A stretch of DNA of 64,000 bases from an uncultured Thermoleophilia bacterium. GTDB taxonomy: Bacteria; Actinomycetota; Thermoleophilia; UBA2241. The notes under the pieces were generated by a model. The model did not search any database. It worked only from the letters and a program-made list of their open reading frames with translations, and was not told the origin of the DNA. The stretch is taken from NCBI GenBank assembly GCA_963715985.1, contig CAVQSP010000014.1:352001-416000 (forward strand), in the 5' to 3' direction. Positions 42,539 to 51,941 of the stretch are shown here, piece by piece (within the stretch, counting starts at the first letter, position 1; the number at the start of each line of letters is the position of its first letter). Position numbers and translations under genes: made by a program.

Positions 42539-43918
42539 CTATAGCACCGGAGCAGAGGGCGCCTGCGCGCGGATGCGGCGGGCGAGCACGGCCAGAGCCA
42601 CGGCCGCCGCAGCCGCCGCCACCGCCACGGCAGCGAGCAGCAGCCATACGTACTGGAGCTGTCCGCCGGCGGCGTCGGCCACGAGGCCGCCGGCCCACGC
42701 GGCGAAGGACCCGACGCCGAACGACAGCGTGAAGCTCAGGCCGTAGCCCACGCTGCGGTGCGACAGCGAGGTGTAGCGGCCGGTGAAGGTGTTGTCCATC
42801 GGCTGCGTCGTGAAGTGCACGAAGCTTGTCGCAGCCAGGGCCAGGAGCATCCACCAGTCCACGGCGAAGAACGTGCAGGCGAGGAGGGCCGCCGTGGCGG
42901 CCATGAGCACGGCGTAGAGCGCCTCGGCGCGGCGGCCGCCGCCGAGGTGGCCGCCCCACCACTGCCCGAAGAAGCCGGCGAGGTACACGATGGAGGCGAG
43001 GATGCCGCCCTGCAGCACGGCCGCCGACGGAAGCACGTCGCTGCGTGCGGCGGCCAGCGCCGGCAGGAAGGTGGCGAAGCCGCGGTAGATGAACCCGAGC
43101 GCGATGGTGATGGAGAACACCAGGATGAGGGCGGCGACGTGAGTGGAGCCTGCATGCGCCGCCGCGGGCGCCTGAAGGCAGCCAGCTTCGTCTGTGGTGC
43201 GGGGATCGTCGAGGTCCGACCCTACGGCACCTTCGCGCGACTCGGCGGCCCGCGTCGCTCTGTCGTACGCCTGCCGCTCTGTCACCCCGCCCCGTCTCTC
43301 GGCACCGCCCGTCTTGGCGGCGAGTCCGGGGTCGTGAAGCGTGCGCATGCGCAGGCTGGCGGCGGCCACGCCGAGACCGACGGCCGCGGCCACCGCGAAC
43401 GGCAGGCGCCAGGAGACGCTCCATGCGAGCAGGGCGCCGAAGGCGGGGGCGATGGCAAGCCCCAGGTTGCCCACCATGCCGTGGTGCCCCAGGGAGCGCG
43501 CGTCGTTGCCGCTGACCCTGGAGACGAGGGTGAGTCCGGCCGTGTGGTACGGGCCGCAAGCCACGCCGAGGCCGATCAGAGCCACGGCGAACACCGTGGC
43601 GTTGGGCGCCAGGGCGATGGCGACGCAGGCGATCGCACCGCCGACCAGCACCAGCCTCACGATCACCAGCGGCGAGACGCGGTTGAGGATGAGGCCGGTG
43701 GGCAGCGACAGCAGGCCGTAGACCAGCATGGCGGCGGTGAACACGGCGCCCAGCACGCCGTAGCTCACGGAGAAGGTGCCGTGGAGCGTGAAGAGGACGG
43801 CGGGGTAGAGACCGATGTAGAGGTGTGTGGTGGCGTGCGCCAGGTAGACGGGGAGGAGGGAGCGGAACCCGGCGGGGCGGGTGGCGGGGTGAGGCTCGGC
43901 GGCGGTGTGCGTGGCTAT
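42539..43918 (-). CDS. MFS transporter (start uncertain)
   Basis: About 12 hydrophobic segments, 'HHGMVGNLG', central hydrophilic loop. Confidence 0.8.
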   Translation of the reverse strand: MATHTAAEPHPATRPAGFRSLLPVYLAHATTHLYIGLYPAVLFTLHGTFSVSYGVLGAVFTAAMLVYGLLSLPTGLILNRVSPLVIVRLVLVGGAIACVAIALAPNATVFAVALIGLGVACGPYHTAGLTLVSRVSGNDARSLGHHGMVGNLGLAIAPAFGALLAWSVSWRLPFAVAAAVGLGVAAASLRMRTLHDPGLAAKTGGAERRGGVTERQAYDRATRAAESREGAVGSDLDDPRTTDEAGCLQAPAAAHAGSTHVAALILVFSITIALGFIYRGFATFLPALAAARSDVLPSAAVLQGGILASIVYLAGFFGQWWGGHLGGGRRAEALYAVLMAATAALLACTFFAVDWWMLLALAATSFVHFTTQPMDNTFTGRYTSLSHRSVGYGLSFTLSFGVGSFAAWAGGLVADAAGGQLQYVWLLLAAVAVAAAAAAVALAVLARRIRAQAPSAPVL

Positions 43919-43931
43919 CGCCGCCGCCCCG

Positions 43932-45545
43932 TCAGATCCAGCTGCGGAACCACATGATGTGGCTGAAGTGGCCCGGGCTGATGGGGATGTTGAGGACGAT
44001 CGGGATGAAGGCGACGACGATGCCGATGGCCATTCCCGCCAGCACCATCGCGACCAGCGGTCGCCGCGCGCGCAGGCGCGGCGACACGAGCACGATGACG
44101 ACAAAGAGGGCGAGGAAGATCCCCACGCCCACCGTGACCCAGCCCAACGTGGGGCTCACACGGCTCGGCCGGCTCCAGAAGAGCCACCAGGCGAGCCGCC
44201 CGACCCACTCCCACAGCACCGCCGTGGCCACGGCCGCGACGGCCATCACGAGGGCGCCCCGCCGTGGCAGCGCGACCTGACCGGCGAAGACGAGCAGGAG
44301 GCCGGCCGCAAGGATGGCGAGGAACGGCGCCACAGGCGTCAGGTAGTAGAGGAAGGACGTCCTCGAGGTCGCGAACCAGGGGAGGTAGAGGAGCGCGACG
44401 ATGATGGCAGTGGGGAGGAGGACGTACGACCTGCGCACCGCGGCGAGCACGACGGCGACCACGAGGCCGAGGGTGGCCAGCCACCACACGAACGGGTTGC
44501 CCATGGCGATGACGCCGCGGTAGGTGTGGTCGCCCTGGAAGTAGTACCAGACGGGGCGGTAGTCCACGAGCCAGGTGTACGACGCCGATGCGTACGTGTG
44601 CACCGCCTTGAGGTGGGTGTTGAAGTACCAGGCCTGGCGCTGAAGCTCCACCCACTGGCTCCAGGAGTGCCCGGCGGCGAAGTACTGCACGTAGCTCAGC
44701 ATGTAGAGGCCGGCGGGGATGAGGACGAGGATGGCGGCGGCGAGGAGGGCGGACGGCAGTGCCTGCACCAGTGTCTGCCGGGCAGGCGCTGCGGCGGGGA
44801 CGTCGCCGTCCGCCGCCGGCTCCGACAGCTGCGGCGTCACCGCGGTCGCCGTGACGGCGTCCTCGTCGGCCAGGACGGACCCGGCCTGGGCGGAGCCGCG
44901 ATCGCGCAGCCACGCGAGCACGAGGATCACGCCTACGACGAGGACGGCGAGGGCGCCCGACCACTTGGTGCCCACCGCCATGCCGCCGGCGAGCGCGCTG
45001 AGAAGGAGCCAGGCGCGCCGGCGTCCGTCCTGCACGTAGCGCAGGCCCAGGTAGATGCAGAGCACGGACCAGACCCCGACGAACACGTCCAACGTGGCGA
45101 TGCGTGATTGGGCGATGCCCAACTGGTCGGCGGCCGCGAAGAGCAAGGCGATGAGCGCCCACGCGGGCGGCAGGCCGAGGCGGCGAGCGAGCGGGTAGAC
45201 CAGCGCCAGCATGACCAGGCCCGCGACCACGGCGGGGAAGCGCCAGCCGAAGGCACGGTCGCCGAACACCAGGATGCCCGCCGCGATGGCGAACTTGCCC
45301 ATCTCCGGATGGGGCCACGAGACCTCGTCCCCGGCCTCCCAGAGGAGCGGCTCCTTGGGCCCCACGCGTCCGTCCACGATGGCCTTGCCGTCCTTGGCGT
45401 AGTAGACCTCGTCGAACATGTACTCCGCCGGGGTGGCCACCTGATACAGCCGCAGCGCCGCGGAGACGAGGAGGATGAGTGCCACGGCGAGCACGAAGCG
45501 CTGCCTGCGCCTGGGGTCGCGTATGGGGACCGGCGGTTCGAACAC
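43932..45545 (-). CDS. PMT/GT39-like glycosyltransferase, paralog of 41037-42531
   Basis: 'MFDEVYYA', 'HPEMGK', 'FGWRF', 'SRIATLD', 'TKWSG', 'GNPFVWW', 'FLYY'; TATAAT and AGGAG upstream of GTG. Confidence 0.85.
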   Translation of the reverse strand: MFEPPVPIRDPRRRQRFVLAVALILLVSAALRLYQVATPAEYMFDEVYYAKDGKAIVDGRVGPKEPLLWEAGDEVSWPHPEMGKFAIAAGILVFGDRAFGWRFPAVVAGLVMLALVYPLARRLGLPPAWALIALLFAAADQLGIAQSRIATLDVFVGVWSVLCIYLGLRYVQDGRRRAWLLLSALAGGMAVGTKWSGALAVLVVGVILVLAWLRDRGSAQAGSVLADEDAVTATAVTPQLSEPAADGDVPAAAPARQTLVQALPSALLAAAILVLIPAGLYMLSYVQYFAAGHSWSQWVELQRQAWYFNTHLKAVHTYASASYTWLVDYRPVWYYFQGDHTYRGVIAMGNPFVWWLATLGLVVAVVLAAVRRSYVLLPTAIIVALLYLPWFATSRTSFLYYLTPVAPFLAILAAGLLLVFAGQVALPRRGALVMAVAAVATAVLWEWVGRLAWWLFWSRPSRVSPTLGWVTVGVGIFLALFVVIVLVSPRLRARRPLVAMVLAGMAIGIVVAFIPIVLNIPISPGHFSHIMWFRSWI

Positions 45546-45724
45546 GTGCGGGCGGCTCCTGGTGGGTCGGGTCCGCGCCATTATACTGGCCGCCGCAGTT
45601 TGTGAGCGCCCGGCCCGCGTGATAGAAATCACGGAGTTTGTCCGCGGCCGGGAGCGTGTCGCGGGCGCGCGTTCATCCTTTCCCGCGCGGTACACGCGTC
45701 GCACCAGAGTGGAGGCTGGCAGAC

Positions 45725-46381
45725 ATGGCTGAAGAGAAGGCGAAGACCATACCGGGGCAGGAGTTCGGCCCCATGGGCGAGCGCGGGGTCATCATGGCCA
45801 CCCTGCGCGACGCCAGCGGCAACCCGGGGCCACTCGGCCTCATGGCGTTCGGCATGACGACGATCCTGCTGAACGTGCACAATGCGGGCCTGATCCCCCT
45901 CAGCGGCATCATCCTCGCGATGGGCGTCTTCTACGGCGGTATCGCGCAGGTCATCGCCGGCATCATGGAGTGGCGCAAGAACAGCACGTTCGGCATGACG
46001 GCGTTCCTGTCCTACGGCCTCTTCTGGCTCACGTTCGTCGGCATCTTCGCCTTCCCCAAGTGGATGGGTACCGCCGATCTCGACCTCGGCGCCACGAGCA
46101 CGGCGCTGGGCTACTACCTCGCCGCGTGGGGCATGTTCACCGCCCTGATGTTCGTGGGCACGCTGCGCATCAACCGCTCGCTGCAGACCGTGTTCTTCAG
46201 TCTCACGATCCTGTTCTTCCTGCTCGCCGTCGCCGAGTGGACCGGCAACGCCACGCTCACCAAGATCGCCGGCTGGGAGGGCATCTTCGTCGGGTTCTCG
46301 GCGGTGTACGGTTCCATCGCCCAGGTGTGGAACGAGCTCTACGGCCGCACCATCCTGCCGATCGGCCCCTACCAGCGCTGA
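45725..46381 (+). CDS. satP: Acetate/succinate transporter, GPR1/FUN34/SatP family
   Basis: 'NPGPLGL' signature, 'YGGIAQ', 'SYGLFW'. Confidence 0.92.
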   Translation: MAEEKAKTIPGQEFGPMGERGVIMATLRDASGNPGPLGLMAFGMTTILLNVHNAGLIPLSGIILAMGVFYGGIAQVIAGIMEWRKNSTFGMTAFLSYGLFWLTFVGIFAFPKWMGTADLDLGATSTALGYYLAAWGMFTALMFVGTLRINRSLQTVFFSLTILFFLLAVAEWTGNATLTKIAGWEGIFVGFSAVYGSIAQVWNELYGRTILPIGPYQR

Positions 46382-46410
46382 CGCGGCAGGGCCGCTCCGG
46401 CGGCGCACGG

Positions 46411-46458
46411 TACGAAGAGGGGCGGGAGCGCCGCACGGCGCTCCCGCCCCTCTTCGTA
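46411..46458. terminator. Bidirectional terminator hairpin
   Basis: TACGAAGAGGGGCGGGAGCGCC-GCAC-GGCGCTCCCGCCCCTCTTCGTA perfect inverted repeat between convergent genes. Confidence 0.8.
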
Positions 46459-46463
46459 GCCCC

Positions 46464-47591
46464 TCACCATACGATGGCGTCCACCGTCGTCTTGTCCCAG
46501 CGCAGATCGGCGAGGACGATCGTCATGGCCGGGTCGTAGAGCGGCGGCGGATAGGTCGAGAGCCTGGGCCCGAAGAGCTGCGCCCCGCCGCCCGTGGCCC
46601 ACGGGCCGTAGCCGTCCTGTCCGGTCATGTCCGCGCAGAGACCGGTGATCAGGACCGCCCCGCGCTTCACGAGGTGGAGTGTGACGTTCACACCGCTGTT
46701 GTTCGCAGGCAGCGCGTACACGCGCCGTGCGGAGCCGGGGCTCAGGAGCTCGTCCCGCCCGCTCGGGGTGAACCAGCGACCCACCGTCGAGGTGCTCCAG
46801 TAGCGTTGCATGGCGCTCGACTTCGTCAGGGTGATCACCTGCACGGGAGCGCCGGTGGAGCTGTCGAAGGAGCGCAGGGTGCCGACCGCCTGCTCCTCCG
46901 TCGAGCCCGTTGCGTCCATCACGGCGGAGATCACGGCGGGATCGTCGGCGGCACCGGAAGCGCCGATCTGCGGGTCGAGGATGACGGTGGGGGCCGTCTC
47001 TTCCGAGTATTCGACGAGGGTGTCGCCGTCTTCGCTGATCACCTTCCAGTCGGTGGTCAGAAGGAGCGCGTAGCGGCCCGGCCTCGTGATGGTGGCGGAG
47101 GCGGTGGTGTTCACCTCGCCGACCACGGCCCGGGTGGCGAGGCGCTTCCACGTGTGATCGTCAAGGCGGTACAGCGGCAACGGCGTCTCGCGGAAGATGG
47201 CCTTGGGCAGGGTGAACGTGAGCGTGACGGGCGACGCGAAGTGCCCGGTGCGCCCACTCCACTCGCAGTCGGCGCCGCGCAAGTAGACGTTGCGCGAAGG
47301 CAGGTCGCCAAGGGCGTCTGCCTGTGCTTCGGTGAGACTCTCCAGCTGCGGGGCGGAGCGTCCGCGGAGCGCGCCCAGGCGGCCGGTGAGCGAGAGGCCG
47401 TGATCCTGGGCCAGGACGACCCGCGGCAGGATGGGGCGCGATGCGGTGGCGTGAGTGAGCGCGGCGGGCAGCGACGGCGCCGAGGCGCGAGGGACGCTCG
47501 CCCACGCCGAGGGTGCGAGCGTCAGGAGGGCGAGGACGGCAAACGCCAGGACTGCAGTGGCCGGGCCGCGCGAACGCATGTGGTGTCTCAT
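46464..47591 (-). CDS. Secreted protein with a C-terminal TNT/ART-like domain (tentative)
   Basis: Signal peptide ending 'SAWA'; C-terminal 'RYW..GRWFTP..ALP..G..A..TGGGAQLF'. Confidence 0.55.
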   Translation of the reverse strand: MRHHMRSRGPATAVLAFAVLALLTLAPSAWASVPRASAPSLPAALTHATASRPILPRVVLAQDHGLSLTGRLGALRGRSAPQLESLTEAQADALGDLPSRNVYLRGADCEWSGRTGHFASPVTLTFTLPKAIFRETPLPLYRLDDHTWKRLATRAVVGEVNTTASATITRPGRYALLLTTDWKVISEDGDTLVEYSEETAPTVILDPQIGASGAADDPAVISAVMDATGSTEEQAVGTLRSFDSSTGAPVQVITLTKSSAMQRYWSTSTVGRWFTPSGRDELLSPGSARRVYALPANNSGVNVTLHLVKRGAVLITGLCADMTGQDGYGPWATGGGAQLFGPRLSTYPPPLYDPAMTIVLADLRWDKTTVDAIVW

Positions 47592-47882
47592 GTTCTTCTC
47601 CAGTGGTCGGCCGCCGGCGCCGCGGCGCGGCCGCGTGCGTCCGAGACTGCTATCGGCGGCGAGGTCGGCGCTCTTGACCCGAAGAGGAGACGGCGGGCGC
47701 GATTGTGCGTCCCGGGCGCTGGACGTCCCCCGGCCGCCGTTCCGCCGACCCGTGCTCGGTATATCCTGTGCGCCGCAGACAAACGTCCGGCGGCGCCGTC
47801 CGCCGGTGGCGGCGGAGGTGCTCATGCAGGTGACGGGTGTCCACGGTCTCGCGGCGATGACGCGGCGCAAGGAGGCGGCTCG

Positions 47883-49190
47883 ATGAGCAAGGTCGCCGCA
47901 GACGTCGTGCTCCGCGGAGCGTCCGAGCTCGTCACCATGGCCGCGCCGCCCGCCGCCGGCCTAGGCGCCATCGCCGGCGGTGCTCTGGCGGCACGCGAGG
48001 GCGTCATCGTGTGGGTCGGCCTCGAGTCGGAGCTGACGCAGGCGGTCGACCTCGCCGACGACGGTCTGGACATCGACGCCGAAGGCTGCTGCGTGCTCCC
48101 CGGGTTCGTGGATGCGCACACGCACGTCCCCTTCGCCGGCTCGCGCGCGGCAGAGTACGGCGAGCGCCTCGGGGGCGTGAGCTACGCTGAGATCCTCGCG
48201 CGCGGCGGCGGCATCAACGTCACCGTGGGGGCGACGCGCCAGGCCTCGGAAGAGGACCTGGCGCGGCTCTGCCGTGCGCGCTATGACAGCATGCTGCGTC
48301 ACGGCACCACCACGGCCGAGGTCAAGAGCGGCTACGGCCTCGCCGCGGAGCACGAGGCGAAGCAGCTGCGCGCGGCGGCCGTTGCCCACCCTCTGCGTCG
48401 CGAGTACACGTTCCTCGGCGCGCACTTCGTGCCTCCCGAGTACCAGGGCCGTGCGGACGACTACGTCCACCACGTGTGCGACGAGATGATCCCGGCGTGC
48501 GCCCCGCTGGCGCACTGGTGCGACGTGTTCTGCGACGAGGGCGCCTTCACCATCGAGCAGTCGCGACGGGTGCTCCAGGCGGCGCAGGCCGCGGGTCTCA
48601 GCCTGCGCATCCACGCCGACGAGATGGCGCGCTCGGGGGGCTCCTTCCTCGCCGCCGAGCTCGGCTGCGCCTCTGCCGACCACCTCATCCACGCCACGTG
48701 GGAGGAGATCGCGGCCCTCAAAGAGGCGGGCGTCGTGGCCGTCATGCTGCCGGGGACGAGCTATACGCTGGGCGTGCAGTTCGCGCCGGCGCGAGCCTTC
48801 CTTGAGGCCGGCGTCACCATCGCTCTGGCCACGGACTACAACCCGGGGAGCTGCAACTCCGAGAACCTTCAGCTGATGATCTCGCTGGCGTGTCAGGGCA
48901 TGAAGCTGACACCGGACGAGGCTCTCTACGCCGCGACCCGCGGCGGCGCTGCCGCGCTGCGCAGGGACGACGTCGGCAGTCTGGAGGTCGGCAAGCGGTG
49001 CGACTTCAGCGTGCTGGTGGCCCAGAGTCGCAGCGAGCTGCCGTATCACTTCGGCGTGAACCTCGTGACGGACGTGGTGGTCGGAGGCGCCGTGGTGGTG
49101 CAGGACGGCGCCGTGACGGACGCCGCGGCGCCACAGCCTGTGCCCATCTTCCCGCGCCGCGCCGCGGCCGGTCGCGGAGGCGACCGATGA
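47883..49190 (+). CDS. hutI: Imidazolonepropionase
   Basis: 'PGFVDAHTH', 'EVKSGYGL', 'DVFCDEG', 'IHADE', 'SADHL', 'ATDYNPG'. Confidence 0.95.
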   Translation: MSKVAADVVLRGASELVTMAAPPAAGLGAIAGGALAAREGVIVWVGLESELTQAVDLADDGLDIDAEGCCVLPGFVDAHTHVPFAGSRAAEYGERLGGVSYAEILARGGGINVTVGATRQASEEDLARLCRARYDSMLRHGTTTAEVKSGYGLAAEHEAKQLRAAAVAHPLRREYTFLGAHFVPPEYQGRADDYVHHVCDEMIPACAPLAHWCDVFCDEGAFTIEQSRRVLQAAQAAGLSLRIHADEMARSGGSFLAAELGCASADHLIHATWEEIAALKEAGVVAVMLPGTSYTLGVQFAPARAFLEAGVTIALATDYNPGSCNSENLQLMISLACQGMKLTPDEALYAATRGGAAALRRDDVGSLEVGKRCDFSVLVAQSRSELPYHFGVNLVTDVVVGGAVVVQDGAVTDAAAPQPVPIFPRRAAAGRGGDR

Positions 49191-50092
49191 CCCTCGTCGA
49201 GTGTGTGCCCAACTTCTCCGAGGGGCGCCGCCCCGAGGTCATCGACGAGATCGTCGCTGCCATGGCCGGCATCGCCGGCGTCCACGTGCTGGACCGGCAG
49301 AGCGATCCGACCCACAACCGCTGCGTCATCACCCTCGTCGGACCCGATGAGGCGGCCGCTGAGGCCGCGTTCCGCGGCATCGCCGCGGCCGCCCGGCTCA
49401 TCGACCTCACCCAGCACCGGGGAGCGCACCCGCGCTTCGGCGCCGCGGACGTGGTGCCGTTCGTGCCGGTGCGTGAAGCGGACATGCCCGCCTGCGTGGA
49501 GCTGGCGCGGCGGCTTGCGCGCCGTGTGGGTGACGAGCTCGGGATCCCCGCGTACCTGTACGAGGACGCGGCCCTGCGGGAGGAGTGCCGTGACCTCGCG
49601 GACGTCCGCCGCGGCGAGTTCGAGGGCCTGTGCGAAGTCATCGCCGAGGACCCGGCACGGGCGCCCGATGCGGGACCGTGCCGCATGCACCCGACGGCCG
49701 GTGCGGTGGCCGTGGGCGCCCGCCCGCCGCTCATCGCGTACAACGTGAACCTCGACTCGGACGACATCGACCTCGCGCGGGAGATCGCCGTCGCCATCCG
49801 CGAGCGGGACGGCGGCTTCCCCAGGGTCAAGGCCATGGGGCTGGCCCTGGACGACTGCGTGCAGGTGTCCATGAACCTCGTGGACTATCGCGTCACCTCG
49901 ATGCACACGGTCTACACGGAGATCGCCCGCAGGGCGGCCGAGCGCGGTGTGGCGGTGCGTGAGAGCGAGGTGGTCGGCCTCCTGCCCGAGGCGGCACTCG
50001 TCGACCTGGCGCGCCGCTCCCTGAGGGCGGCCGACTTCACCCGGCAGCAGGTCCTCGAAGCGCGCGTGCTGGACCTGCTGACCGGGGGCTGA
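49187..50092 (+). CDS. ftcd: Glutamate formimidoyltransferase
   Basis: 'VECVPNFSEGR', 'DPTHNR', 'HPRFGAADVVPF', 'GARPPLIAYN', 'QVSMNL'. Confidence 0.93.
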   Translation: MTLVECVPNFSEGRRPEVIDEIVAAMAGIAGVHVLDRQSDPTHNRCVITLVGPDEAAAEAAFRGIAAAARLIDLTQHRGAHPRFGAADVVPFVPVREADMPACVELARRLARRVGDELGIPAYLYEDAALREECRDLADVRRGEFEGLCEVIAEDPARAPDAGPCRMHPTAGAVAVGARPPLIAYNVNLDSDDIDLAREIAVAIRERDGGFPRVKAMGLALDDCVQVSMNLVDYRVTSMHTVYTEIARRAAERGVAVRESEVVGLLPEAALVDLARRSLRAADFTRQQVLEARVLDLLTGG

Positions 50093-50147
50093 GCCGCCTG
50101 CGGGCGCTGCGCACTTTTTCCGTCCGCGCCTCCATCCATACTGCTCC

Positions 50148-50195
50148 TTGACACGAACATGGGTTCGCCCTAGGGTGGACACGAACACGTGTTCG
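50148..50195 (+). promoter_or_regulatory. lexA promoter with two Gram-positive SOS (Cheo) boxes
   Basis: -35 TTGACA (50148), 17-bp spacer, -10 TAGGGT (50171); CGAAC-N4-GTTCG at 50154-50167 and 50182-50195. Confidence 0.9.
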
Positions 50196-50211
50196 TACTC
50201 AAGGAGGAACG

Positions 50212-50814
50212 GTGGAAGGTCTCACACCGCGTCAGGAGCAGGTACTCGAGTTCATCCGCGAGAGCGCGCGCCTCAACGGCTACCCGCCCACGGTCCGCGA
50301 GATCTGCGTGGCCCTCGACCTGTCTGCGCCGTCCACGGTCCAGGTGCATCTCGCCAATCTCGAGCGGCTCGGGTTCATCAAGCGCGATCCCGCCAAGCCG
50401 CGGGCACTCGAGCTCGTCCAGGAGCTGCGCCCGCCGCGGCCGCTCCCGCTCGTCGGTCGCGTCGCCGCCGGCCAGCCCATCCTCGCTGAGGACAATGTAG
50501 AGGACTACGTCGACGTCCCGGCGTTCCTGCGCCGCGACGACGGCGACTTCGTGCTGCGCGTGCGTGGCGACTCCATGAACGGCGCCGGCATCAACGACGG
50601 TGACTACATCGTCGTGCACCCGCAGCAGGAGGTCACGCGGACCGAGATCGCCGTGGTCCGCATCGACGGTGAAGAAGCCACCGCCAAGCACTTCTCCCGG
50701 GACGGGCGCATCATCCGTCTCGAGTCGGAGAACGAGAACTACGAGCCTATCGTCGTCAACGCCGACCGGGTGGACCTCGTCGGCAAGGTCGTGGGGGTGC
50801 TTCGCCAGCTATGA
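50212..50814 (+). CDS. lexA: SOS repressor LexA
   Basis: 'GYPPTVREI', Ala-Gly cleavage site 'VAAGQP', Ser in 'GDSM', Lys in 'TAKH'. Confidence 0.96.
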   Translation: MEGLTPRQEQVLEFIRESARLNGYPPTVREICVALDLSAPSTVQVHLANLERLGFIKRDPAKPRALELVQELRPPRPLPLVGRVAAGQPILAEDNVEDYVDVPAFLRRDDGDFVLRVRGDSMNGAGINDGDYIVVHPQQEVTRTEIAVVRIDGEEATAKHFSRDGRIIRLESENENYEPIVVNADRVDLVGKVVGVLRQL

Positions 50815-51044
50815 GTACCGTGCCGCTCGCTGCAGTCGTCCTGCCCACGCTCGCCGACGCCGTCGACGAATCACTCTCCGCCGCCCTGGCGGACCAGGTC
50901 GCGCCGTGCCTGTGGTGCGGCAGCACCGCAGTCACGGTGGTGAGCGCCGACTATTGGAGCGGCACCGTCGTGGTGCGCTGTCGCGAGTGCGGCAGCGAGC
51001 TGAGCGGCGTGGTGCCCCGGCACCTGCGCGGGGTGCCCGCGTGA
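50811..51044 (+). CDS. Small zinc-ribbon protein (CxxC...CxxC)
   Basis: 'CLWC' and 'CREC'; ATGA and GTGA overlaps with the flanking genes. Confidence 0.65.
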   Translation: MSTVPLAAVVLPTLADAVDESLSAALADQVAPCLWCGSTAVTVVSADYWSGTVVVRCRECGSELSGVVPRHLRGVPA

Positions 51045-51454
51045 GTCCGGCGCGCCACCTGCAGGACGCCCGCCCCGGCGTCACGGCTCTCGGTCCCGCG
51101 GGCCCCGCCGCGTCACCCAGGTCCGCGGTCAGGCCGCGCAGCCGGGCCGGCCGGCGCCAGCTGCGCCGGCGCCGCCTCGCCGGCCTCCTCCGCTTCGTCG
51201 TGTTCCTCCTGCTCATCTTCATCGCGGTGTGGGCCGGCGTGCGCGTCGCCCACGCCGGCACCGACGCCTCGGTCTACACGGGCCACGAGTACGTGGTCCG
51301 TAGTGGCGACACGCTCTGGGACATCGCCGCCCGGGAGTACGGCGCGGGCGCCGATCTGCGGCGTGCCGTCTTCGAGATCGGCGAGGCCAATCACCTCGAT
51401 GAGTCCAGCGTGCAGCCGGGCGAGCATCTCACGCTGCCCTATCTCGAGGAGTAG
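51041..51454 (+). CDS. Membrane-anchored LysM protein (YneA/ChiZ-like SOS division inhibitor)
   Basis: Basic N-terminus, one TM helix, LysM 'YVVRSGDTLWDIA...N.L...VQPGEHLTLP'. Confidence 0.8.
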   Translation: MSPARHLQDARPGVTALGPAGPAASPRSAVRPRSRAGRRQLRRRRLAGLLRFVVFLLLIFIAVWAGVRVAHAGTDASVYTGHEYVVRSGDTLWDIAAREYGAGADLRRAVFEIGEANHLDESSVQPGEHLTLPYLEE

Positions 51455-51523
51455 CGGCTCTCCGCGCCCTTGAGGTGCTTCACGGCCTGACTCCCCGTCT
51501 CGTGGGGTATACTTGCCCGGCGC

Positions 51524-51600
51524 CGGGACGTGGCGCAGCCTGGTAGCGCACCTGCTTTGGGAGCAGGGGGCCGGCGGTTCGAATCCGCCCGTCCCGACCA
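51524..51600 (+). tRNA. tRNA-Pro(TGG)
   Basis: Cloverleaf; anticodon arm CCTGC-TT-TGG-GA-GCAGG; GTTCGAATC; CCA end. Confidence 0.97.
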
Positions 51601-51613
51601 GACACCCATGCGG

Positions 51614-51690
51614 GCGGGAGTAGCTCAGTTGGCTAGAGCATCAGCCTTCCAAGCTGAGGGTCGCGGGTTCGAAGCCCGTCTCCCGCTCCA
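51614..51690 (+). tRNA. tRNA-Gly(TCC)
   Basis: Anticodon arm TCAGC-CT-TCC-AA-GCTGA; CCA end. Confidence 0.97.
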
Positions 51691-51787
51691 TTTCTTACCT
51701 CTTCCATGCAGCGCGCTGCTGCGTGGCGGGGTAGAGTGTCGCTCACCGCACCGCGGCTGTAGTCCGCCTCCGTTGCCGGTGTGACTC

Positions 51788-51864
51788 GCGCCCGTAGCTC
51801 AGCTGGATAGAGCAGGAGACTTCTAATCTTCAGGTCGCAGGTTCGAATCCTGCCGGGCGCGCCA
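51788..51864 (+). tRNA. tRNA-Arg(TCT), integration target
   Basis: Anticodon arm GGAGA-CT-TCT-AA-TCTTC; CCA end; 3' half duplicated at 61269. Confidence 0.97.
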
Positions 51865-51866
51865 TT
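51825..51866 (+). repeat. attL core (42-bp direct repeat)
   Basis: AATCTTCAGGTCGCAGGTTCGAATCCTGCCGGGCGCGCCATT is identical to 61269-61310. Confidence 0.95.
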
Positions 51867-51882
51867 TAGCCTCAAAACGGCC

Positions 51883-51910
51883 AAAAGGAAGGCCCCTCGC
51901 GGGGCCTTCC
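51883..51910 (-). terminator. Terminator between tRNA-Arg and the integrase
   Basis: AAAA-GGAAGGCCCC-TCGC-GGGGCCTTCC (T-tract on the minus strand). Confidence 0.75.
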
Positions 51911-51941
51911 GTCCTCCTACCGTCCTCCTACCCTGACGCGG

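Noticed and set aside
47640-47770. Possible c-di-AMP (ydaO) riboswitch on the minus strand upstream of the secreted protein
   Set aside because: GCGGAA...CGGGGGA...CCTCG pairing is only loosely similar and the conserved AGCTAAC and GAAT motifs are missing; a cmscan hit would be needed.
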